From positions 162,181 to 226,180 of the forward strand of contig CAVSOV010000014.1 of the NCBI GenBank assembly GCA_963729675.1: a DNA stretch of 64,000 nucleotides. Reading direction: 5' to 3'. Each line of letters opens with the position of its first letter. The first letter of the stretch is position 1. Origin of the DNA: an uncultured Acidobacteriaceae bacterium (GTDB lineage: Bacteria > Acidobacteriota > Terriglobia > Terriglobales > Acidobacteriaceae). The notes under the pieces are model-generated. The model did no database searches. It was not told where the DNA came from and saw nothing but the letters and a program-made list of their open reading frames with translations. Made by a program: the position numbers and the translations under genes. Below, piece after piece: positions 47,055-57,086 of this stretch.

Positions 47055-47318
47055 AACTCCCTCAGTGGACGGCGGGCTCGGAGATTCGAAAATCCGGCGG
47101 CCGAGATCCAGACTCTGGGAGCAAGAAATGTTGGGGCCGGTGTCTCCCATGGACCGGCCTTACCCAACCGACACAAACAGACCCCAGGCTGGGGGCGGCA
47201 CTGCGCCGAGCAAGAGAGTGCAAACGCCTGTCAGCCGGGAGGTCTCAGCAGCCTGTACGAGCCCATCCGACCGCTCATTCGAGAGGCTCGTCAGGGGACG
47301 TGTGTACCTGGAGAGAAA
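47055..47318 (+). ncRNA. Candidate structured leader RNA
   Basis: Several long stems visible by eye (47130-47168, 47179-47245) and mutually exclusive pairings of 47257-47264. Confidence 0.5.
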
Positions 47319-47522
47319 ATGAAGCACTTTTGCGTTGATTTGAAGGTATGTGAGGGGTGTGGGGGCCTTTGGCTCCGCGCCCAGGAACGGATCCAGAACC
47401 ATGGGGTGTATTGCCGGAGCTGTGCGCTGCTGCTGTCGGAGTTTCCCGCTCCGCGCCAGCGCAGCCGGGCAGGACGCAAACGGAAGCTGCGGTTGGCCGT
47501 TTGTGAAGGGGGTTCGAAGTGA
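47319..47522 (+). CDS. Small Zn-finger-like protein (CxxC...CxxC, basic tail)
   Basis: 'CEGCG...YCRSC'; GGAGAG RBS; stop overlaps the next start (GTGA). Confidence 0.65.
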   Translation: MKHFCVDLKVCEGCGGLWLRAQERIQNHGVYCRSCALLLSEFPAPRQRSRAGRKRKLRLAVCEGGSK

Positions 47523-48226
47523 CGGCAGGAACCCGGTCGAATCAGTCGGTTGGAATTCAGGCGAATGAAACGGTGAGACGAGAGAGGAACGAGATGGCGG
47601 GGTCGGAAATACGGAAGGCAGTAAGCGGATTGCACCTGGTGCACGTTTCGCGCAGAGTGCTGGCAACGGAACTTCGCGAGGCGACAACCGGGCGGCCAGT
47701 GGCAGTACCCAGGATCTGGGCTGTCGCGGAGAACGTTTCAGCCCAGCCCAGGCGTGACCCAGCCGAGGCGATGCAGGCGCTCATTGCCGAAGGCCAGCCA
47801 GTTCCGCCGAAGCTCGAACTCGCCTTCTACCGCAAGTACACCGAGGCGATGCTCCGCCGCTATCTGCGCATGTCGATGGAGGTCGGCCGTGTGCCGTCGC
47901 TCATGGGCCGCGAGATGTTTCGCGGGCACGTCTCGCACTACAAGGTGGAAGGCTTCGACGACGGAGTCATCTTCTGCGTCGACGTCGAACGGTGCCTGGG
48001 CAAACTCCGGAAAACCGATCAGCACCTCATCCAGCGGATCGCACTCCAGGGCTACACGCAGGAGGAGGCAGCCCCGCTGCTCGGGCTGAGCGTCCGCTCC
48101 TGCATTGTGAAGTACGGGGAGGCGTTGGATCGACTTACAGAAATCTTTCTCGCTGGCCGTCTTTTGGAGCCTCAAAAATGTTGTCAAGACCCAGAAATGG
48201 TGGAAAACTGGCTAAACAACCTTTAA
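47519..48226 (+). CDS. Sigma-70 region 4/HTH-like transcriptional regulator, candidate late-gene activator
   Basis: C-terminal 'DVERCLGKL...LIQRIALQGYTQEEAAPLLGLSVRS....GEALDRL' matches the sigma-4-type HTH pattern. Confidence 0.65.
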   Translation: MTAGTRSNQSVGIQANETVRRERNEMAGSEIRKAVSGLHLVHVSRRVLATELREATTGRPVAVPRIWAVAENVSAQPRRDPAEAMQALIAEGQPVPPKLELAFYRKYTEAMLRRYLRMSMEVGRVPSLMGREMFRGHVSHYKVEGFDDGVIFCVDVERCLGKLRKTDQHLIQRIALQGYTQEEAAPLLGLSVRSCIVKYGEALDRLTEIFLAGRLLEPQKCCQDPEMVENWLNNL

Positions 48227-48299
48227 TCAACAGCTTGGCCGTGGAAAAATCGTTGCAGGTTAATTTCACTCGGCTTGGTATTCTATAGAAGTAAGGATC

Positions 48300-48374
48300 A
48301 AGCGGGAGACCTCACCGGGGTCCCCAGCGAGCGTTGTTTGCTCGATGGGGTGGCCTCACTGGGGTCTCCCGCTT
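48300..48374. repeat. ~75-nt imperfect palindrome containing a REP-like core
   Basis: AAGCGGGAGACC...GGTCTCCCGCTT outer stem with inner CCCCA/TGGGG and CGAGC/GCTCG stems; core resembles 56153-56185 on the opposite strand. Confidence 0.7.
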
Positions 48375-48433
48375 TACGTTTGGGGGTTTAAAGGGTGCGG
48401 TGTAACGGGAAAAGACAGGGGCGGTGGTCGGGG

Positions 48434-48694
48434 ATGGGAACGGAGCTGGCGGCAGAGGCTGAGGAGCCGCAGGAGTCGGTGCAGAAGCCGCTGCGGCCGC
48501 GCCAGTGTCACAAATATCTGCAGAAGACGCTGGCATCGGAGTTCCCGAAGATTCTCAGCGGGTTCATCGACGAAGCGCGCAAAGGCGGCTGCGCGCACAT
48601 GAAGCTGGCAGTGGAGCTGCTGGAGCCGGCCAGAGACGAAGGACGGCATCGAAAGGGGTCGGCCCAACGACTTCTTGAAGAGTTGGGCGAATGA
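48434..48694 (+). CDS. Small helical protein, candidate terminase small subunit
   Basis: 86 aa; 'IDEARKGGCAHMKLAVELL' resembles the TerS oligomerisation helix-turn motif (A-x-x-G-x-x-x-x-x-K-L); functional call is an inference. Confidence 0.4.
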   Translation: MGTELAAEAEEPQESVQKPLRPRQCHKYLQKTLASEFPKILSGFIDEARKGGCAHMKLAVELLEPARDEGRHRKGSAQRLLEELGE

Positions 48695-48768
48695 TTCGGA
48701 ACCTATGCAGGCTCTGGAGCATCGGATTCAGAGATGTTCGCGGCCGATATACTTAAGAACTTGCAGGG

Positions 48769-49662
48769 ATGAAGATTCGCCTGGCTGTGTCGATGGTGGG
48801 ACTGGTGGCGGTGGTCGGCTTGACCGGCTGCTTTCGGACGACGCACATCGTCCAGCAGACCCAGCCTCCGGACATGTACAAGTCGACCTCGGTAGAAAAC
48901 CTGGAAAGAATCATTTCGGAGAGGGACGCGTCCATCAAGACGCTGAATGCGGCGGTCTTGCTGACGGCCAGCACGGGCGGTGGCAAAGAGGGCAAGGTCA
49001 TCACCTACACGTCCTTCAAGGGCTACATCTTCGTGCGCAAGCCGCGCGATCTGCGGGTGATTATGCTGCTTCCGGTTCTCGGTTCGAGGGCACTGGACAT
49101 GGTCTCGAACGGCGACACGTTCACGCTTGTGCACGCCACCGGGGGCCACGGCGACGTATGGATTCAGGGCAGCAATACGGTGACGACGCCTTCAAAGAAC
49201 GGGCTCGAGAACCTGCGGCCGCCTGTTTTCTTTGATTCGCTGATGGTTCCGGGCGTGAGTGACGACGAGCTGGTCAGTCTGACGGAATCGACCCGAGTGC
49301 TGCAGCCGCAGTCCAAGCACGGGCCCGCGATCGAGGAGCCCGACTACGAGCTTGAGGTGCTCAAGCGCGGGAGCGGGAATACGTTGCACACGACACGCCT
49401 GATTCACTTCAGTCGCGTCACTCTGCTGCCGTTTCAACAGGACATCTACAACGACAAGGACCAGGTCGAGACTTCCGCAACGTATGACAAGTACCAGGAC
49501 TTCAACGGGATTCAGTTCCCGATGCTGATCAACATCAAGCGCCCGCTCGATGAGTACACGCTGAAGCTGCAGATCACGAAGCTGACGCTGAATCAGCCGC
49601 TGGAGAACGATCAGTTCGAGCTGAAGGTCCCGGCGGGCGTCACCGTGGAACAATTGAAGTAA
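48769..49662 (+). CDS. Lipoprotein, LolA/LolB-like (DUF4292-like)
   Basis: Lipobox 'LTGC'; beta-rich domain; 'LNQPLENDQF'. Confidence 0.7.
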   Translation: MKIRLAVSMVGLVAVVGLTGCFRTTHIVQQTQPPDMYKSTSVENLERIISERDASIKTLNAAVLLTASTGGGKEGKVITYTSFKGYIFVRKPRDLRVIMLLPVLGSRALDMVSNGDTFTLVHATGGHGDVWIQGSNTVTTPSKNGLENLRPPVFFDSLMVPGVSDDELVSLTESTRVLQPQSKHGPAIEEPDYELEVLKRGSGNTLHTTRLIHFSRVTLLPFQQDIYNDKDQVETSATYDKYQDFNGIQFPMLINIKRPLDEYTLKLQITKLTLNQPLENDQFELKVPAGVTVEQLK

Positions 49663-49667
49663 TCGAC

Positions 49668-50717
49668 CTAGACAAGGCCAGCGCGGTGGGCGTGGCTGGC
49701 AATCTGTTCATTGATCTCAAGTGCAAGTGCAAGTGCAGCCCGGCCGGCTGCGCCGGTGACGCGCGGCTGCGTACGGTGGCGCACGGCGGAGAGAAAGTCT
49801 TCGAGTTCGAGCCGTAGCGGCTCGGCGCGCTGTGGGTCGAGCTTTTCGAGCGAGAGCCCGCGCGAGGGATGCGAGCCTTCGGCTGCGCCGAGCGCTGATG
49901 GAGCCGTACCTGCAATCAACTGCGCGAGCAGCGCAGGGTCGACCTTGATAGTGAGCAGCTCCTGGCGCGCGAAGTCGAGCGAGAGGTACTCGTGCGGCTG
50001 GAAGAGGCGCAGCTTGCGGACCTGCTCGGTGGAGACGCGGCTGGCGGTGAAGTTGGCGACGCAGCCTGATTCGAACTCGACGCGGACGTTGGCGATGTCC
50101 ACCTTGGGCGAGAGCACAGGCAAACCAACCGCCCGAACCTCTCTGATGGGTGATTTCGTCAGCGAGAGCACGACGTCGAGATCGTGAATCATCAGGTCGA
50201 GGACGACATCGACGTCTAGCGAGCGCGGTGTGAAGACCGAGAGCCGGTGGGCCTCGAAGAACATGGGGCGCGTGATGCGCTCCGCGGCCGCCGTGACGGC
50301 GGGGTTGAAGCGTTCGAGGTGGCCGATCTGCAGGATGCGATGGTTTCGTGCCGCAAGAGCGAGCACGCGGTCGGCCTCAGCAAGTGAGGCGGCGAAGGGC
50401 TTCTCGATGAGAACGTCGATGCCGGCGTTCAGGAGCCGCTCGGCGACGGCCGCGTGATGGATGGTGGGAACGCAGACGGATGCGGCGTCGAAGGGCGCTG
50501 CTCCGTTCTTCAGGGCTTCGTCGATTGAGGCGAAGCCATGGATGTTGTAGAGCACGGCGAGTTCGGAGCGGCGAGTCGCATCCGGCTCGATGAGCGCAGT
50601 GAGTTCGAGCTCGCCGGGGTACAGGGATTCAAGCTCGTGGTAGACGCGGAGATGGTTGCGGCCGAAGGCGCCGGCACCGACGACCGCGACGCGAGGTATG
50701 TGCTGGAGCGGGGACAA
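49668..50717 (-). CDS. Gfo/Idh/MocA oxidoreductase (GnnA-like UDP-GlcNAc 3-dehydrogenase)
   Basis: 'VAVVGAGAFGRNH', 'EKP', 'GHLERFNPA', 'DVDVVLDLMIHDLD', 'TASRVS'. Confidence 0.85.
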   Translation of the reverse strand: MSPLQHIPRVAVVGAGAFGRNHLRVYHELESLYPGELELTALIEPDATRRSELAVLYNIHGFASIDEALKNGAAPFDAASVCVPTIHHAAVAERLLNAGIDVLIEKPFAASLAEADRVLALAARNHRILQIGHLERFNPAVTAAAERITRPMFFEAHRLSVFTPRSLDVDVVLDLMIHDLDVVLSLTKSPIREVRAVGLPVLSPKVDIANVRVEFESGCVANFTASRVSTEQVRKLRLFQPHEYLSLDFARQELLTIKVDPALLAQLIAGTAPSALGAAEGSHPSRGLSLEKLDPQRAEPLRLELEDFLSAVRHRTQPRVTGAAGRAALALALEINEQIASHAHRAGLV

Positions 50718-50720
50718 GGG

Positions 50721-50942
50721 CTACTTCTTTGCGGAGGGGGTGGGCGATTCCACGGCCTCGCGGCAGCGGGTGTAGAGCTCGAGAAGCTGAGCGATCTGGT
50801 CTTCAGTCTTGGCGGCGCCCGGCGGCCCGAAGCCTGTAGATGCACTGCCGGAGCGGCCGACGTTCGCGTGCGGCGCGATGAACTTGAGCAGGTCGAGAGC
50901 GATGTCTTCAGAGCGGCGAGCCGAGTTGATGCTGGATTCCAT
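50721..50942 (-). CDS. Small hypothetical protein
   Basis: 73 aa 'MESSINSARRSEDIALDLLKFI...LLELYTRCREAVE'; ends 3 nt before the oxidoreductase start. Confidence 0.6.
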   Translation of the reverse strand: MESSINSARRSEDIALDLLKFIAPHANVGRSGSASTGFGPPGAAKTEDQIAQLLELYTRCREAVESPTPSAKK

Positions 50943-51065
50943 GGTTGCCTTTCGAGGATGTTCCTCAAGCGATGGTAGCGGCTGAGCGGAGAGGCGCGCA
51001 ACGGTGTGCAGCAAGGTCGCAATTTGAGTGGGTTTTGTGTGGGTAACAGAACGAAGTGAGGTGCG

Positions 51066-54000
51066 ATGCGAGGAATAAGACGGGGATTGACCCTGGTGAC
51101 GGCGATCATTGCGTTGCTGGGAGTGTGCTACGGAGCGGCGGCGCAGGTGGCGACGACGATGATCCAGGACACCGTGTACCGGGCAGACGGGACGCCGGCC
51201 AACGGAACAGTGGTCGTGGCGTGGCCGACGTTTACGACGGCTGCGGGCCAGGCAGTGGCGGCGGGTAATACGTCCGTGACGCTTGGGTCGAACGGAGCGT
51301 TGTCGCTGTCGTTGACGGCGAATGTGGGAGCGACACCAGCCGGAAGCTATTACACGGCGGTACTGCACCTGGATGATGGGACGACGAGCCAGCAGTACTG
51401 GGTGGTTCCGGTAAGCGGGACGCCGGTGACGCTGGCAACGATCGAGAGCCAGGTTCTGCCGACAAGTGTGGCGATGCAGACGGCGTCGAAGCAGTATGTC
51501 GATCAGGCGATTGCGCAGATCACCGGCGGAACGACGCAAACGACGACGTACGTGCCGACGACCGGCGGAACGATGACCGGGCCGCTGGTGTTGCCAGGCC
51601 GATCCTGTGACACCAACGCAGGCAGCGGACAAGCACTACGTGGATACGAACATCACAGCGGTGCTCGCAGGAGTGGGGCAGAAGGTAAGCTTGTTGCCCT
51701 TCGCGACGCAGACTATCTCTCAACCTGCGGGCACGCAGCTTCAAGTGAACGCGCTGAACGGCGAGCTGTACGCGAATCAGTTTCAAACGGGCGATGGCGA
51801 CAATGGCATCGCCAACGCGCTGGCGAGTCAGGACTGCGGAAGCGATTGCATGGTGATCGTGGATCCCAGCTACACAGAGGGCGAGCCGGTGATCACGACG
51901 CAGATTCCGAATCAGGGTCGCGTAGTGGATCTTCGCGGAGGAACGAGGTGGGAGACGTATGTGAATCCTCTGAGCCCATCCGGCGGCAGCACGGCGGAGT
52001 TTCTGGGCCAGATCTCAACGACCTCAGATGCAAACTCGCCCGCCGCAGGCAGCGGCGTGGGAAGCACGCGGCTGACCTTCAGTGTTTCGAATACGGCGAT
52101 GGCCGGCGGATCGAACCAACTGCCGGGCAACGTCGAGAATCCTCCGTACGGCAAGTCCAACTACGGCGTGTCGTCGCAGACCGGCAACTACTACACCGAA
52201 GGCCAACATGTGCAGGACGAGCATGTGATCAACTGCTATGCGGTTGGGGACTGCCTTGAAGGCAGCTGGTTTTTGAAGAGCTCGGGCGGCTACAGAGATG
52301 AGGCCGATGAGGGTGCGCATCCCTTCGACCTTCAGGTGAGCGAAGACAACAACACCTTTCAGGGAACGTGTTCGGGCGGCTGCACGACGGGATCAACGTC
52401 ACTGTTTGTGATTTCGACGGTAAACGGAGGAACCCAGGGTGAGGGCCGATTCCTGATCGACAAGAACCCAGCGAAGACAATCAGCAACGGGCAGCTTGTC
52501 TCGGGTGGTTGGACGGTGTTGGCGCTCGCGAACTTTACGGGAACGAACTTTCCTGTGAGTGTCTTTATGCAGACTGCGGTCGCGGCGACCTCGCAACCGA
52601 AGAACATCGCTCCGGGTACGGTCACGCTTTCGATGGTAACGAGCGGAGCTCCGGCGGGGTTTGCGGTGGACACAAGCCAGTTGCCCTCGCAGTCGGGCGT
52701 GGCCTGCATTGCAGATACAAACGATGGGCGCTTTCCCAACTTCGAGACCGCGAACTACACAGTCGTTGATGCGAGTCACATCACCTTCACGCTGAACAAG
52801 GTCCATGGGGCCGGGGCTGTGGTCGCCGTCGGTGGGTTGTGCGGGTATGGCATCGAGCAGACCGTAGATACGGTCGGTTCCGTGCGGCAGGTGTTTCCGG
52901 TGGTCGGATCGCCGAACGCGACGTCACTTTACTATGCGGGGGCGAGCACGGCGGTGCTTGGGCAACGACGCCCTGTCAGAGCACAAGCGGCTATCAGAAC
53001 ATTTCGCTGCAGGTCGCATCGATCGTCCGCCATGGCAATGTTGTCACGGCCACGCTGGCCGGCAACACGCCAGTGGATGTGAATGGCTTGACGATGACGG
53101 TTAGCGGAGTGGCCGATGCAAGTTACAACGGCAGCTTCCAGGTAACCTCCATCGGTGGAAACGTGCTGACCTATAGCAATACAGGTCCGGACAGCACAAG
53201 CACCGGCGGAACGTTTTCACTGCTGACCGGAGGATACGTGTTGTATCCCATGGCAGAGATCCTGAGCGTCTACAACACGAGCACGAAGCAGGTGGATGGA
53301 CAACTGACCCTCGCTGCAAACACCGTGGCCTGGGCAGCAGGCGATGCGGTCGAGGCGCCTCACTACTACCAGCAATTGACCGCTGCGGATACTGAATGGA
53401 TCACGCAGTATGTGCCGCGTCCGATCCAGTACAGCAGCGCCGGCAAGCTTTACATGGGGCAGGTTGGCCCTGGCATGCGGGGATGGCAGGTTCAGAATGG
53501 CGTGCCGCCCAGCAACTACGTTGGTGCCGGAGGAACGCATGAACTGCCTGATGATGCCTATGTGGTGGCGGGCCCGTGGAGGAACGACTTTGAAGTGGAT
53601 GCGGGGACGGAGTCGGTGATTCGTGCGCACTGCAACCTTCATGGCTGCAATCGATGGGACTCCGGCTACAACTTCTATTCGAACTGGATTCGGCGACGGG
53701 CGAGGACAGCTCTGTACTATTCGCCGCAGTTGAGCACGAGCGATCTGGTCGCTCGGCGGAGGGCAATATTCACGTTATCACCGACAGCGCTCTCGGCGCC
53801 TGCGATCAGTGCGACGACCCTGAACGCGACAACTGTGAATGCGACGACGCTGAATGGACGACGACGATTGCAGGAGGCGCGATCTCCGGCACGACGGTTA
53901 CGGGCAGGCTCAGCTCCGGAGGCGGGGCCGCAGGCTTATTCGTGACCGACAATCACACGTCGGATGCCGTCCAGTGTGGAGTCGCAGGACGTGACCGGCT

Positions 54001-54519
54001 ACTCTTCGGTTGGGTTGATGGACAATACCGGAGCGCAGGCCGGATCGTTCGGTTACGCCAACCCTTCGGCTGTAAGCTCCTTTGCGGGCGCGGTCTTCTT
54101 CAACAGTGATAACCACACCATGAAGTTCAGCACGAACAACGGAGTGTCGCCGTCGATCACGATCGATACCGGCGGGGAATGTCATGCTGCCGGGGTCAGC
54201 CGAGGTCAGCAACAGCGGTGCGATCAGCGCAAATCAGGTGAGCGCGCCAGTCCTGCGGTCGGGAACGGCGGCGAACACGGATCTGGTGGGAACGCTGACG
54301 GTGAACGCCGGTGCGACGAGTTCGTCGAGCTATAGCTTTACCGGCAGCTACGGCTCCGCTCCGGTGTGCGTCGTGCAGCCGCAGAGTGCGGCGGCAGCAG
54401 ACGGTTGCTGCGGTTGGCGCGATTGCGCCGCAGGTCTCTACGGCGGCGTTTCGGTGAGTGTGCAGACGGCGCCCACGAGTGCGGTGACCTTCGGGTACGA
54501 GTGCGTGGGCAGAAACTAG
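51066..54519 (+). CDS. Large Thr/Ser/Gly-rich fibre/spike-like protein with Sec signal peptide, multiply frameshifted
   Basis: GAGG RBS; 'MRGIRRGLTLVTAIIALLGVCYGAAA-Q'; fibre-like motifs 'ASKQYVDQ' and 'GGTMTGPLVLP-GDPVTPTQAADKHYVD'; pieces 51066..52259, 51607..53082, 52839..53945, 53964..54335 and 54184..54519. Confidence 0.6.
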
Positions 54520-54590
54520 CAGACGGATGGACAGCGCTGGCTGCGTCCACGAGTTCCATGTGGACTGCCAGCGCTATCTGATGAGGAGAT

Positions 54591-56133
54591 GTGGCGAAGA
54601 GACAGTTGGACGATGTTGAGGCACTGAGGGAGATGGGCCGCCGGATGGACCGGCGGCCCGATTATTTGATCGAGGTTTGCAGAGAGGACGCTGTGCATCC
54701 GCACCCGCGAGGGTCAGTTGAAGCGGCTGATTGCGAATCCTGCGCAGCGCGAGTTCGAGCAGAGATGCGGCCGGCAGAATATTGTGCTGAAGGCGCGGCA
54801 GATGGGCATCACGACGTGGGTGTCGGCGCGGTTCTTTCTGCGCACCATTACGAGGCCAGGTACGTTGACGTTGCAGGTCGCGCATACGCGCGAGGCCGCG
54901 GAGTCGATCTTTGCGACGGTGCGGAGGATGTGGGAAGGACTGCCGGATGATCTGCGCGAGGGCCCGCTGCGGTTGTCGCGTGCGAATGCGGGGCAGATGG
55001 TGTTCGGTGAGATCGACAGCGAGTTTCGCATTTCGAGTGCTGCGGAATTGAATGCAGGCCGCGGCCTGAGTGTGCAGAACCTGCATTGCAGCGAGGTGAG
55101 CCGATGGCCGGGCGATGCTGCAATGACGCTCGCGGGTCTTCGGGCGGCGCTCGCCCCGCGGGGAGAGATGGTACTGGAGAGCACGCCGAACGGAGCCTAT
55201 GGCGCGTTCTACGACGAGTGGTGTGCGGCTACGGATGAGGCGAATGCAGAGGACGGTGTGGTGCGGCACTTCTTCCCATGGTGGATGGAGCCGGAGTATC
55301 GCGGGCCGCTAGTTGCTGCTGATGCGATGAGTGCGGAGGAGCGTGGGTTGGTTGTAAAGCATGGCCTGAGCGCGGAGCAGATTGGCTTCCGGCGCGGGCT
55401 GGAGCGGACGTACGGTCTGCTTCGTGCGCAGGAGTTTGCCGAGGATGCGGAGACCTGCTTCCGTACGACAGGGGCCTGTTGCTTTGATGTCGATACATTG
55501 GACCAGCGGATGCGAGAGGCGCCGGAGCCGATCGAGAAAAGACGCAACGGAGCGCTGCAGGTTTGGCTGAGGTCAATTCCCGGTCGCGAGTATGTGGTTG
55601 CGGTGGACTCGGCGGGCGGAGGCGAGGAGGGCGACTTTGCGGCGGTGCAGGTGGTGGAGATTGCGACTGGGTTGCAATGTGCGGAGCTTCGCGAGCGGCT
55701 GCGGCCGGAGGATCTGGCGCGCGTCTCGGTAGAACTGGCGAAGGAGTACGGTGGCGCGCAGATTGTTGTCGAACGTAATAATCACGGTGCAGCCGTGCTT
55801 GCGTATCTGGAGACACGGGAAAGTTACAGGCGCTTGTACAGGCAGCATGGTGAGGTCGGCTGGCTGACGTCGGCGGCATCGAAGCCGGAGATTGTCGCGC
55901 GCATGGGAGTACTGCTGAGCGAGACGCCGGAGCGATTCATGAGCCGGAGGCTATTGGCAGAGTGCAGAACCTTTGTCGCGGATGAGCGCGGTCGCGCGGC
56001 TGCGGCGGCCGGGTCGCATGATGACCTGGTGATGGCCATGGCCATTGCGCAGGCGGTGCGGGCAGAGACCACTGCATGGAGCGGACGCGCCTCCGGCGCC
56101 CGACCAGTACATGCAGTGCAAGCGCGGGCATAG
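54591..56133 (+). CDS. Terminase large subunit, frameshift ~54677
   Basis: Walker A-like 'LKARQMGITT', Walker B-like 'LHCSEV', motif C 'ESTPNG', nuclease 'AVDSAGG', 'VERNNHG', 'HDDLVMA'; GAGGAG RBS before GTG 54591. Confidence 0.9.
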
Positions 56134-56200
56134 CACTGCTAACCTGCTAGTGACTACCCCGGCGAACAAGTTCGCAGGGGATCCCGTAAGGAGTCGGGCC

Positions 56201-57067
56201 TTGGCGGTTGTGGCGGTGCAGGCGATTCGCAGGATGCGCGGTGGCGCGCAGAGCCAGCTGATGCTGGGCGCGGACGGGAATCTGTGGGTGGTGAAGTTTC
56301 AGAACAACCCACAGCACCGCCGCGTATTGGCGAATGAACTGATTGCGACGCGACTGGCGGAGGCGATTGGGCTGTCTGTTCCAAAGAGCGATGTCCTCGA
56401 AGTGAGCGACTGGCTGATTCGCAACAGCCCGGGCATGGTGCTGGAGTTCGGCAAAGGTGTGCGTGAGCTTTGCGCGGCCGGGTTGCAGTTCGGGAGCCAG
56501 TTTGTCGGCGGGTTGATGCCAGGACAGGTAGTGGATTATCTGCCGGAGCCGCAGATGGAAGAGGTGCGCAATCTTGCGGAGTTCGCGGGGATTCTTGCGC
56601 TGGATAAGTGGACCGGCAACTGCAACGGAAGACAGGCGGTGTTCGAGCGGAGGCCGCGCGAGCGAAAGTATCGCGCGGTCTTCATCGACCAGGGATATTG
56701 CTTCAACGCGGGCGAGTGGAGTTTTCCGGACTCACCGCTGCGGGGAGTGTTCCCGCGCAACCAGGTCTATGCCCGCGTGACGGGCTGGGCCGGCTTTGAG
56801 CCGTGGCTGTCGCGGATCGAAGAGTTTGAAGCGGGCCGGCTGTGGGCGATTGCAGAGGAGGTTCCGCCGGAGTGGTACGGTGGCGACCTCGGGACGATCG
56901 AGCGGCTGATGGAGCAATTGCTGGCGCGGCGCAGCAGAGTGAGAGAGTTGATTGAGTCGTTTCGTGATTCGGATCGCGAGCCGTTCCCAAATTGGGGCGC
57001 AGCGAAAAGTATTGTTGTGCCGAGGCGCTTTGCAGTTGCAGGCGCGGCTGGCAATCTGGTGATGTAA
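56201..57067 (+). CDS. HipA-like Ser/Thr kinase (HipA_2 type)
   Basis: 'MRGGAQSQL', 'WVVKF', 'LANE', 'LDKWTGNCNGRQ', 'FIDQGYCF'; AGGAG RBS before TTG 56201. Confidence 0.8.
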   Translation: MAVVAVQAIRRMRGGAQSQLMLGADGNLWVVKFQNNPQHRRVLANELIATRLAEAIGLSVPKSDVLEVSDWLIRNSPGMVLEFGKGVRELCAAGLQFGSQFVGGLMPGQVVDYLPEPQMEEVRNLAEFAGILALDKWTGNCNGRQAVFERRPRERKYRAVFIDQGYCFNAGEWSFPDSPLRGVFPRNQVYARVTGWAGFEPWLSRIEEFEAGRLWAIAEEVPPEWYGGDLGTIERLMEQLLARRSRVRELIESFRDSDREPFPNWGAAKSIVVPRRFAVAGAAGNLVM

Positions 57068-57086
57068 CCTCGGCGGGGAGTGTCTG

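Noticed and set aside
47055-47318. tRNA, tmRNA, RNase P or SRP RNA acting as a prophage attachment site
   Set aside because: No cloverleaf or T-loop with CCA end, no RNase P GAGGAAAGUCC motif and no SRP core motif recognised; no adjacent integrase.
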